64,000 bases of DNA. It comes from Octopus bimaculoides. Its lineage: Eukaryota. The stretch's first letter is position 1; each line of letters opens with the position of its first letter. The stretch covers positions 26,324,109 through 26,388,108 of the forward strand of contig NC_069000.1 in NCBI RefSeq assembly GCF_001194135.2. The letters run 5' to 3'. Position numbers and translations under genes: made by a program. Under the pieces are notes generated by a model that had not been told where the DNA came from, ran no database searches, and saw nothing but the letters and a program-made list of their open reading frames with translations. This document shows, piece by piece, positions 11,260 to 22,869 of this stretch.

Positions 11260-11600
11260 GTAAGTGACTATATACTAATTAGGTGTGAATTTGTCTGTAA
11301 TATAAGTCTTGGGTGGTTCAACTTAACCTAATTAATGGTAATGTATGGATGACTTATTCTTTATCTGATATATTGTATATTCTAAAGGCATTAGGCCTCC
11401 ACTATAAGACTAAAATATAAAAAGAAATTGGTAGTACTAACATAAATGTACGATTTAATGTCAGTTTAAAGCATTTTAGAAACTTGAGCAATGGTTTAAT
11501 ATAAACATCTACACAAGACTTAGTGTTATATAACTATTATTTAACAAACAGTTCAGTGTCTTAAATGACTTTAAATGTATTAAACCTGCTTTATTTTCAG

Positions 11601-11853
11601 CTCTTTGAACTAGAACTTGCTAATTTAGCTGGTCTTAAGATTTCAGGATTAGCCCTTAGCAGTTTATACGAGGCATATGCGATGCTAGTTGTCACTACTA
11701 CCTCTACCTATCCTACTACTACTACTACTACTACTACTACTGAACAGCATGGAAGCTAGGTGACTATGAGGAAGATCAAGTAAAGGTTGACACTATCAAC
11801 TTGAAACTAGTTTCAATCTATGTGAACTGCATCAGGGAAATGGTGATTGATAG
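11601..11853 (+). other. Putative non-coding exon downstream of hnRNP CDS
   Basis: Acceptor CTTTATTTTCAG (AG 11599-11600) and donor TAG|GTGAGA (11854). Confidence 0.5.
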
Positions 11854-12219
11854 GTGAGAGCAATGAGAACAGCCATTGGGAATACAACTGAGCTTACTGC
11901 TCAGTAGGTAGGATTAACTTTTCTAGCTTGTCCCTTACGTCGATCATTTCACTTTGTATTTTTGTCTTATCAATGTTCGACTGTCAACTTGTAGATCTGT
12001 CGAAATTTTCGATAGTTCATAGCTTATTTTTTTGGGAAGATTAAAAAAAACCAAAAAAAACTAGTCAATCATTTAACATCATGTAAGCATAACATTTGCA
12101 TACGTTTATAATACAACCAAAAATATATTTTGATCATGCTCAACAGATTGTACTTCCATTTGATGAAGGAAGCAGTTTGTCAGCAACAAACTCATTTGGA
12201 TAACTTTTTTTTTTTTATC

Positions 12220-12256
<37 letters not shown>

Positions 12257-12451
12257 GTATGTATATATATATATGTATATGCATACATACACACCAATAC
12301 TAAAACGATTTGGTTCTCCAAAAAGAAACCAAATTTAGCAGTTGTGATTAAAAACTTGAATTTTGTCTTCCTTCTGGAGTATTGTCTCGGAAGAACTGCA
12401 TTGTTTCTTTACTAACTGCATCTAATGCTTAGTATTTCTTATTTGCTCCAG

Positions 12452-12565
12452 GAGTTGGTTTTGTAGCAAGATGCAGTCTTGGTGACCAAGAGGATTGGCT
12501 TCCTTGATGGCTTTGATATTCTCTGAAGGTGCAATTTGGAGACTCCGAGAAAGTACTGCAAATTT
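12452..12565 (+). other. Putative non-coding exon downstream of hnRNP CDS
   Basis: Branch-like ACTAAC at about 12411, acceptor TTTCTTATTTGCTCCAG (AG 12450-12451), donor TT|GTAAGT (12566). Confidence 0.5.
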
Positions 12566-13574
12566 GTAAGTTAACTTTTTTTTTCTGTGGAAACTTTTGC
12601 TTTTATATTTTCCTGCCTTATTTCATAAATTTACTACATTGCTGAGGAACTATTCTTTTATTTTCAGAAAGGTGTAAGCTTAGGTCAAGCTAAGTAATAG
12701 GTGCAGCAGATGATCCCAAGATTTCTGCCAGATATCCAGTCAGGGAGTCCACATGAGGCTATTAGCCTCTTGTAGAACCTTTTATCTGAATGATTTTAAT
12801 AAAGATTTATTTAATAATCTCTGCTTGTGCTGGTTTTATTTCCTTAAAATTTAAAGTTCAACTTTTGCACCCACGTATTGTAACGTTTATTGGCTGTTGG
12901 ATAGTTCTGTGCTTTTTTTCTATTAGATGCTGGGGAAATAAGTTATTTAAAATCTATCAAAGTGCTAGTCATCAGATGTATCTTAAAAGTTTATGGTGAC
13001 AAATAGGGTTTCAGCTGCTTGTTTCAACGCAGTCAAGTTTTTATAAAGTCACTTAGGAAAAAAGTTATCTTTGATTTCGGTTAAATAAAAGGCATCCATG
13101 TTTGAAGTGAGTTTGTGTATTGAAAATTTAGGTAAGTGTGCTGGGGATGGGTTCTGTAATCCCTCTGCTAGTATATACAAATTTACTTTGTTTTTGATTC
13201 TGTTACATAACTGAAAATTTATTTTATAAGTATCTAGTTAGGTAAAGAGAAATCTTTGGTTGCTGAAAAGCTGCAAAATAACTGAGATTTAGATGTTTAG
13301 TTATGACCATTCGTACAAAAACAAAATCATGACAAATATGCTACCAAAATCACTTTCCTGTGCAGATGGAAAGGTTAATAGCTCGGACTATTTAAATTGG
13401 GTTTCCTATGAAATGTACACGATAAATCAATTCATTTCTCAAATTGCTTGTTCCAAGTGTAAGACATTTGTCATTCTGGTGTTTTTATTTTTATGTTTTA
13501 GTCATTTGATTGTGGCTATGCTGGAGCACTGCCTTTTAGTTGAAAAAAATCAACCACAGAACTTATCTTTGTAA

Positions 13575-13618
<44 letters not shown>

Positions 13619-14499
13619 TCTATATTCATTGACAGTTCTTTAGAACTTCATCATTTGAGGTGACTCAAGGGGATGAACTGGCCTTTCTAAACTCGTGCTG
13701 TGACTACTGATGGGATGAGACATGGCATACTTGTCATGCTCTACGCTTGTAAGTTGATTGAGTTTCATGGTTTTGAATTTGGTACTGTTCAACTACACAA
13801 TCTAATGAGGAAGACTAATTACTTTATACCCTTATTACCTTGTTAAAGGAGGACTAATCAGTTATTTTACCAGGATTTGTTTTGGATTTAAAAGAAATGT
13901 CCATTAGTTAAATGGCTGGCTCCCATGAATCGATAATCGGGAAACTGCTTGTTTTAATTGTTTCAAAATTTGACACAAGGTCAGCAGTTTTAGGGTAGAG
14001 GGCTTGTCAATTAAACTGGCTGAAATATTTGACTGGTACTTTATTTTATCGACCTGGAAAGGAGAGAAGTTGATGTAATCAACCATGGAAGGCAAATTTG
14101 AACTAAAGGATGTAAAGAGCCAGAAATACCACTAAGTATTTTGAAATACACAAAATATAACTTACAGAAGGGTTTGCAATTGACATTGTTAACCACCACA
14201 ATATGTGACTAGTATTTATTTAAACAACCTTGGAAGGATGATGGGTGAAGCTGGCCTCAATAGGAATTGTACTCGGGGTGTATAGATTTTAATTGCACTC
14301 TACGTAAGATAATTATCATGTATATAATTATTCATTGTGTTAAAGAATTTATCGCTTCAGTTTCATTCTATAGTTGCATTTCAACTTCATTTCATACTGT
14401 TGTTAACAGCGTGTCACTCAAATGTGCTGTGACAAAATAAAAAAAATTATCGTATCATTACCAAGTATATCTTTTCAATTACCTTAGTCTCTGGCTGAG

Positions 14500-15020
14500 G
14501 CCATGTTGGAACTTGGCCTTTCAGTGAAATTGGGTTTCTCCTTTATTGTTTCTGGTGAAATAGCAAGTTGGATTTCTTCGCAGATAACTTTGGAGCAGTG
14601 TCTGAAGAACATGAGGATTTCACCGGGACAATAGTGCTATGGAGAAACGGTACCATGGCTTCTGGAATGACTACTGCTGGGCACTTCATGATCAACCAGA
14701 TCAGGAACATTGCTGGACATTCAAATCACAATGTTTCTCTGTTGTTCTAATTTTATCTGACCCAGTTTTTGTGTATTCACTCTTTGTAGAATGATAGTGA
14801 TGATTTAACTCAAACTCCTTTACTTTCTAAAAATAATGTCCTTATTTATTACGTTAATGATTTCATATATACAAATATGTAAATATTCGCATGTATCTAT
14901 AGAAAAACTGATATGTGCTGCATAAAAATGGAATAAAATTTTGAAATCAGCATGAAAAATTAGTCTGTAAAAGTTGGTTTGCATTCATAAGGAGTATAAT
15001 ATATTTTTGTTAACCAGTAT
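14500..15020 (+). mobile_element. Unclassified DNA-transposon transposase 3' remnant
   Basis: Pseudo-translation LDFFADNFGAVSEEH.E.FH.D...ME.RYHGFWND resembles a transposase C-terminal motif I recall from animal repeats. Superfamily not assigned. Confidence 0.5.
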
Positions 15021-15957
15021 TATTAGTTCAAGCTCTGCAGTAACATTTGTGTTACTTAACTTCACCCATCCTGGCTACAGGTAGACTGTAAAATGCTTTC
15101 TCCTTTAACCCTATAACAACTGTTAATATATAAATTAACATTGACAGTTTTAGGTCTGAGACTTTCATAAAGAGAATTGCAAAATTGAAAGTCTAATTAA
15201 GTCTCACTACTATATATAGATTTATTTTAGCTATTTAACTTCTGTAGAGATTATGAGCTGTAAATATTTTATGAAGGGGGACTTTACTAGGGTAAGCTGA
15301 GTGGTGAGTAAGTCATGAATTTTTGATGTACAAACATTGCAAATACCATGATAATGAAATGGTACACATTAGTAAAGACAAGTGAATTATCAAAACTAAT
15401 ATGTATCCATTCATTTTCCTGGTCTGCAAATTGCTTCTGTCTCTAATATGAAAATAGATATTTTCTGACTTCAATGTTGATGGAAGTCAACTGACCATTA
15501 GTAGGCATGCTTGTCCTTGAAATAGCAGCCAAATCTCTTTCAAATCAGGCTTATCTTAAAAGTGGGGTGGGGATATACTTTAAAGATGTAATGATCACAG
15601 TCAGTGCTAGATTAACATTTAAGCGTGTGCTTAGGGCATCGAGGAAGGGTGTCACATCAGGTATGGTAAATAATTTACACCACAGAAGTCATTAAATTTG
15701 CTAAAATATTTCAAGTGGTTTATATGACTTGAAATAATTTCAAAATCATGGGTGTCATAATAATGCCAAATAAAATTGATGAATCATAAACAAGATGGGC
15801 AGAGTATATGACTTGCATATTGTTGGGTATTATTTACCAGCTATTTGTGTGATATATATTTAATTTTGAAAAATTTACTGAACACGCTATTTATTGACTG
15901 AAAGAATCAGATTATGATGCAAATAACTCTCTCTGTGTCTCTTCATATGCATGTATA

Positions 15958-16018
15958 CGAGGGGTGTATGAAAGTCGACAAACGAGACTTCAAGGCTCAA
16001 AACTTCATACACCCCTTG
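15958..16018. mobile_element. 61-bp mariner-type MITE
   Basis: TA|CGAGGGGTGTATGAAAGT ... AACTTCATACACCCCTTG|TA: TIRs plus TA target duplication. Confidence 0.75.
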
Positions 16019-16289
16019 TATATTTATATATACATATATGTATATATATATATGTATACGTATATTTATATATATATATATATATATAAATTATATATAT
16101 ATATATAAATTATATATATACATATACTTATGTATACATATATTTATATACATATATGTATATACATTGTATATATATATATCTTTATATACATTTTTCC
16201 AGAGGATGTAGCAACCGTTACCAATATAGCATAAGAACTTACCTTAGGGGATCATTAACTAGATTCCTTAAGGGTCGTTCTCACAGTTT

Positions 16290-16648
16290 ATATTTATATT
16301 ATAAGGTTTTTAAACTTTTAAATTTTCATATTCAAAAGAGACAGACTTCAAATTCGATATATCGATTTATTCACCACTCTATGTTAACATTTCTGTGCCA
16401 AACTTATCCAGTGATTGGTCTATTGGATTTAGACATTTGGCACTTCTTCAGGAGTGGTTACCGTTCGAACAAAACACGAAAAAACACATACATAACTATT
16501 ATTAAATTCTTAGAACCCCCGTTAGATTTCGTCTTTGTTTCGAAATGTTAACATAAGAGTGGTGAATAAATCGATATATCAAATTTGAAGTCTCTGTCTC
16601 TTTTGAATATGAAAATTTAAAAGTTTAAAAACCTTATAATATAAATAT
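16290..16648. repeat. Foldback element: ~105-bp inverted arms (16290-16393 / 16542-16648)
   Basis: Near-perfect reverse complements with about 148 bp of spacer; embedded between (TA)n tracts. Confidence 0.95.
16374..16457 (-). ncRNA. Type I hammerhead ribozyme, intact core
   Basis: CCACTC-CTGAAGA-A-GTGCCAAA-(33 nt)-TTTGGCAC-A-GAA-ATGTTAACAT-A-GAGTGG. 6-bp stem I, 8-bp stem II, 10-nt palindromic helix III, AUA triplet. Confidence 0.82.
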
Positions 16649-16690
16649 CTTTATATACAAATACATATATATGTATACACATATATGCAT

Positions 16691-16945
16691 TGCCGCTGGA
16701 CTGGCTCTTGTGCAGGTAGCATGTAAAATACACCATTTCGAGTGTGGCCGTTGCCAGTACTGCTTGACTGGCCCTTGTGCTGGTGGCACGTAAAAGCACC
16801 CACTACACTCTTGGAGGGGTTGGCGTTAGGAAGGGCATCCAGCTGAAAAAACTCTGCCAGATCAGATTGGAGCCTGGTTTGCCAGTCCTCAGTCAAATCG
16901 TCCAACCCATGCTAGCATGGAAGGTGGACGTTAAATGATGATGAT
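16691..16945 (+). mobile_element. RTE LINE 3' UTR fragment
   Basis: Same 3' UTR as other copies, ending TTAAATGATGATGAT. Confidence 0.85.
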
Positions 16946-19867
16946 TATTTATATATACACATTAATATATATATTTAGGCCAACATGAAGTTTATATACA
17001 TATATATGTGTGTGTGTGTGTTGTATCCTATGGATAAATACACAGCAGCAGTGTAATAACAATACAATCGAAACATACAGCAGTTACCACACAGAACGTA
17101 ACAACAATCATTTAAGAACCAACAATCCAACACACTAACTCAAACTGTAAACTTTGAACTGTAGCAGAGCTACATATTACATAGTAATATGTGAGTCGAT
17201 CTGCACAGCAGGCAAATATATTAATGATACACCACAAACCTCCAGCCACATAGTACAGCTATCTACTACAATTAGGTAGTAAACACTGTTTACCAGTCTG
17301 GAAATAGTCGATTTGCAACCTAGACCACGGGTTCTCCATCTCCAGTTATGATTGATATTTTACCAGTCAGGCTTTGGCCCTGAGCATGCAACCTCGACAT
17401 GTTCTCACCAAGTTTTCGATATCTCAGTCTGTAGACAGCCAATAGACATAACCCTTCATCCTTGCCATTCCTGGATGTCCGCTGTGAAACTGTTGGAATA
17501 CACCTTTTTGTATTGTAGTTGGAACTACCACCACTCTTTGGGTATATATCAGAATATTGTCACAAATTGAAAAACTATTGACATCTGAATTCTGTTTATT
17601 TTTAAAGCTTCTTTAATTTTCGTAATATACTCATCACCTACAGTTTCCATTCTTATATCTTATGCCATCACTAGTAGTTTTTGGATAACATTGATCTTAA
17701 CACTTTTAATTTCACTTTCTACCTGCAGTACAGTTATAATAGTCTCTTCTAGTGGTTCCATATTTTTTGGAATTAATCTCGAAAGGCAGTCCGCATGACC
17801 AAATTTTTTCAATGGAATGTCTTGCATTTTGAAATTATAATTTAGTAATATTACACCCCAACATTGCAGGCAGTTCGCAGGATGAGTCAGTAACCCTTTT
17901 TTTAAACCCATAAATCGACAGCAAAGGTCTATGGTCTGTTTGCAATAAAAAAACTTCTACCATGCAGAAATCTGAAATTTTTTAACTGCAAAAATAATTG
18001 CTAGGACCTCCTTTTCAATTTGACTATATCTCTTCTCTGCTGCTATTAGTAAGCACGAAACATGAACTACTGGTTTTGTACTTCCGTCTTCGTATTTATG
18101 AAGTAGAATTGCACCTAATCCATGCTCGGAAGCATCAGATGCTACGATGATGTCCATTTCAAGATTGTAATGTGCTAACGACAGGTCTGACATTAGAATT
18201 TTTTTTATTTCTTCAAAAGTGTTCGGGCATTTAGTGGACTAATTCTACTTTACTCCTTGTTTTTAATAAGTCAGTCAATGGAGCTCTTGTGTATATTGGG
18301 AGTTTTGATGATAGTTTGCAAGCCCAAAAAATGCTTGTAAAGCTGGAATATTTGTCGGCATAGGTATATTCCTTATTGTGTCTGCCTTTGCTGAGTCGGG
18401 ACATCTGCCACTTTTATCAATTATTTGCCCTAAGTACTTAATTTGGGGTAGAAAGAATTTGCATTTTTCTTCACTCGAAACATTTTAAGTGTTCCACATG
18501 CTGTTCGTGAGAAATACTCTTGATCAAAATATCCAAGTACAGGATTGGAAGTTCACAATCAAATAACATAATATTCATGATTTGCTGGTACCACTTTTAG
18601 TCCAAAAGGTAATCATGTGTATCTGTACAGTTCCCTGTGGTGTATTTACTGTCTTATACTTTGAGTATTTTTTAATTTATTTTTATCTGTAAGTATAATT
18701 TGATCTAATTTGAAAAAAAATTTTCTGCCATTAAACTTTGAAAAAACGTCCTCTGCAGTTGGGAGTGGATGGTGGTATGTTTTTAAGAGGTCATTCAATC
18801 CTGTAGAGAAATCAGCACAGCCTAATCTTATTACTTTTTTTAATATATACCATGGGTGCCGCCTACTTTGAGTAATCCACCTTTTTGATGACTCCACTCT
18901 TTTCAAGTCTGTCCAACTTTCTATTTACAGTCTCAATTGTTGCAAACAGTACTTCTCTGTTTGCTTTAAATACAGGTACAGCGCTTTCACTTACTTGGAA
19001 ATAGGCTTCCGCCTTTCTACACAAACCTAAATCCTCTGATAACACTTATGTTTTTTCTTGAAGACTTGTTTTTAACAGGACAACCATTTATGTTATTGCA
19101 ATAACAATTTATGGGGAGGTGCTACAAATTGAACAGTTCTAACTAATCTGTGCCAAACAGATAGATTGTATTATCCACAAAGAATAATTTTGCTTTGTGT
19201 CTCTCTCTTCGAAATGTGATGTCAATACATGTTTTGCCCATGAAATGTAATTTATTACACCATGCACTATTTTCACTGTTTTTACATAATTTCAGTTTTA
19301 CATAATTTCCAAGTATTTGCATTTATAATCGAGATTTCACTACCTGTGTCTAACTGTAATTTGGTATTCAGATCATTTATTATTATGTGCACGTCTTTCT
19401 TGTTTTTCCGTTACAATCACTCTCCGTTGAAAACACCTTAGAACTTTTTGTGTTTGAGCCTCATAGTCTTGTTCTACAATGAGAACTCCTGTGTCCCAGC
19501 TTCTGACAACTATAGCACTTTTTGTTTTTAAACAGACAATCCTTTTTGTAGTGTAAGCCTCCACAACCATAACATAGATTGGGGCCTGACACTTTTTTTA
19601 TTGTGTTTTCTGGGACGGCACATTTGAGTTTTTGCAGAGTCTTTATCTTGTATTTTTCCCACATCATGTTTAAGATTTACCATAGTCTGACATTCTTCTG
19701 CAATGGTCTGTAAAAATAAATCCTGCTTTACTTGCTCCGTTTTCAAGAGAATCCTTTCTCAATCTTCGGGTACTATAAGTCCTTGCACAAACATAAGTTA
19801 TTTGAACATACCCTGAGTGAGATCCTGGAGTTTCAAATTTTCACACATAGAGTTGACTACTCTGGCA

Positions 19868-21790
19868 TTATCATCATCATTTAACGTCTGCTTTCCATGC
19901 TAGCATGGGTTGGACGATTTGACTGAGGACTGGTGAGCCAAGTGGCTACACCAGACTCCAGTCTGATTTGGCAGAGTTTCTACGGCTGGATGTCCTTCCT
20001 AATGCCAACCATTCCGAGAGTGTAGTGGGTGCTTTTACGTGCCACCGGCACGAGGGCCAGTCAGGCGGTATTGGCAACGGCCAAGCTCAAAATGGTGTAT
20101 TTTACGTGCCACCTGCACAGGAGCCAGTCCAGTAGCACTGGCAACAACCTCGCTTGAATGTCTTTTCACGTGCCACCGGCACAAGTACCGGGAAGGCGAT
20201 GCTGGTAATGATCACACTCAAATGGTGCTATTTACGTGCCACTGGCATGGAAGCCAGACAGCTGCTCTGGCAATGATCACACTCGGACAGTGCTCCACTG
20301 GTACAGGTGCCATCACGATTTCGATTTCACTTGTCCCAACAGGTCTTTGCAAGCTGAGTTCAGTGTCCAATGAAGGAGATGTTGGCATGGGTGCCAGTCG
20401 TCGAATTTAGTTCGATTTCGATTTCACTTGCCTCAACAAGTCTTCACAAGCAGAGTTTAGTGTCCAATGAAGGAAAGGTATGCATAAGTGGGCTGGCTAC
20501 ACCCCTGGCAGAAGCCTTGGATTATTGTTTCACTTGGCTTGCCGGGTCTTCTCACACACAGCATATTTCCAAAGGTCTCCGTCAGAAGTCATTGTCTCTG
20601 TGAGGCCTAATGTTCGAAGGTCGTGCTTCACAACCTCATCCCAGGTCTTCCTGGGCCTACCTCTTCCACAGGTTCCCTCAACCGCTAGGGTGTGGCTCTT
20701 TTTCACACAGCTATCCTCATCCATTCTTGCCACATGACCATACCAGCGCAATCGTCTCTCTTGCACACCACAACTGATGCTTCTTAGGTTCAATTTTTCT
20801 CTCAAGTATGTACACTGACATTACACATCCATCGGAGCATACTGGCTTCATTCCTTGCAAGCTTACACATGTCCTCAGCAGTCATGGCCCATGTTTCACT
20901 GCCATGTAGCATGGCTGTTCATACACATGCGTCATACAGTCTGTTTTTTTCTCTGAGAGANNNNNNNNNNNNNNNNNNNNNNNNNNNNNNNNNNNNNNNN
21001 NNNNNNNNNNNNNNNNNNNNNNNNNNNNNNNNNNNNNNNNNNNNNNNNNNNNNNNNNNNNNNNNNNNNNNNNNNNNNNNNNNNNNNNNNNNNNNNNNNNN
21101 NNNNNNNNNNNNNNNNNNNNNNNNNNNNNNNNNNNNNNNNNNNNNNNNNNNNNNNNNNNNNNNNNNNNNNNNNNNNNNNNNNNNNNNNNNNNNNNNNNNN
21201 NNNNNNNNNNNNNNNNNNNNNNNNNNNNNNNNNNNNNNNNNNNNNNNNNNNNNNNNNNNNNNNNNNNNNNNNNNNNNNNNNNNNNNNNNNNNNNNNNNNN
21301 NNNNNNNNNNNNNNNNNNNNNNNNNNNNNNNNNNNNNNNNNNNNNNNNNNNNNNNNNNTACCTTCCTACTTATTAGGATTTGGTTTTAGCTAGGTTGACT
21401 TTAAGGCCCTTCGGTTCTAGTCCCTGCTTCCACACCTGAAACTTCTCTAGTTCTGATAGTGACTCAGCAATTAGCACAAAGTCATCACCATAGAGGAGTT
21501 CCTAGGGGCATCCTGTCTTGAATTCCTGTGTTATTGCCTGGAGGACTATGATAAATAGGAGGGGGCTGAGGACTGAACTTTGGTGGACCCCTACCTCTAC
21601 TTGGAATTNNNNNNNNNNGGGGCTGAGGACTGAACTTTGGTGGACCCCTACCTCTACTTGGAATTCTTCACTGTACTCATTGCCAACCCTCACCTTACTG
21701 ACAGCGTCTCTGTACATGGCTTGCACATCTCTCACTAACCAGGTGATAAAATCCTCCTCTTCATTTTTTGTTAAGTTCCAACACTCGATT
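19868..21790 (-). mobile_element. RTE-clade LINE (RT C-terminus plus 3' UTR) nested in Gypsy gag
   Basis: VGVHQSSVLSPLLFIIVL (RT), RRLRWYGHVARM..GRGRPRKTW and (GAT)n tail at 19868; contains gaps. Confidence 0.9.
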
Positions 21791-22250
21791 CTGGTGTTGA
21801 ATAATGAACTTCAATCACAAAAAAAGTTTTGAAAGTAGTTCCATGGTTTCTTGGAAGTCAATCTCACTCAAATTCTTGGACAGAACAAAGTTACAGTAAC
21901 ACTCATGTTCTGCAAGAGCTACATTGTGTAGTAAAAGCCTTACTTTCTGCTCTTCTGACCATGACTTGCACTTGTTAAAAATTTCTTTGTATCTTCTATA
22001 ACACGCGGGGAACGTAATACCCTCCTCCAGATTATACATAAATTCAGAAATTACATTAGTCTGGCGTAAATGAGCTGACTGGATTTTCAGACTTTGCTGA
22101 CTGTAACTCAAATAATTGTTGTTTGTTGTTGTTGTATTTGCTTTTGCAACACCTAGTTGTTCCTGTTGCTTCTCTTGAAGCTGTACTACTGCGGCAAATA
22201 CGTTTTCCATGATGCAGAAATTGTCAAATAAATAATGTAAGTTTCGAACG

Positions 22251-22263
22251 ATCCTTGTTGCCA
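22251..22263 (-). promoter_or_regulatory. Primer-binding site of the Gypsy element (tRNA-Ser(GCU)-like)
   Basis: TGGCAACAAGGAT, 2 nt after the LTR end ..ATAACA. It equals TGGCGACGAGGAT after two CpG decays, complementary to the tRNA-Ser(GCU) 3' end as I recall it. Confidence 0.6.
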
Positions 22264-22869
22264 GATGTTATATCCTTATGGATAAATGAATACACTGCAA
22301 TAGTGTAATAACAATATAATCAAAACAAACAGCAGTAATCACACAGAACATAACAATCTTTTAAGAACCAACAATCCAACATGCTAACTTGAACTGTAAA
22401 CTTTGAACTATCAACACACGAACTGTGGAATTAGCATGAACCTCTGCACTTACTCAGACCACTACGATTCATATGTAGTGGTCCAGTCCATTCTCACCAA
22501 GGGCGTGGTACTCTCAAACAATATATATACATATGGAGGTCTTCTTTCAGATTACATTTACCAAATCTACTCACAAGGCTTTATATATAAAACCAGGTCC
22601 TCTTAGTTGATGTGCACTATAGCACATCAACATATAAAACCAGGTTTGGAGTTGCTGATAATCCCCTAGTTGATGGGCTCTGTAGCTTTTGAGCAACTGG
22701 ACTAGGTGAAGGCCACTCTGATTTCAAATCTGCAATCAATTTAGCATCTAGCATGTGGCACACTGTGTATTGAGACGTGTAGATGCAAGGGATAATCTGG
22801 CCGATATTGCAACTTGAGGAACAAAACTAGCAAAACTGAGAAAATCAAGTTTGTAGAGAATTAACACAA

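Larger units (their letters stand above)
17019..22409 (-). mobile_element. Decayed Ty3/Gypsy (Mag-like) LTR retrotransposon, interrupted by an RTE
   Basis: gag (21815-22210), two zinc knuckles CYGCGGLH..CYSCQKLGH (about 19470-19600), RT (CADFSTGLN..HPLP), RNase H (VASDASEHGLGAIL..YSQIEKE), integrase zinc finger (HPGMARMK..C..C, about 17390-17440). Related terminal segments at 17019-17160 and 22266-22409. Confidence 0.9.

Noticed and set aside
13665-13715. SECIS-like ATGA..AAA..TGA pattern
   Set aside because: The helix II strands do not pair and there is no selenoprotein upstream.
21561-21665. Tandem duplication inside the RTE RT
   Set aside because: Identical copies flank a 10-N gap; contig-overlap artefact.
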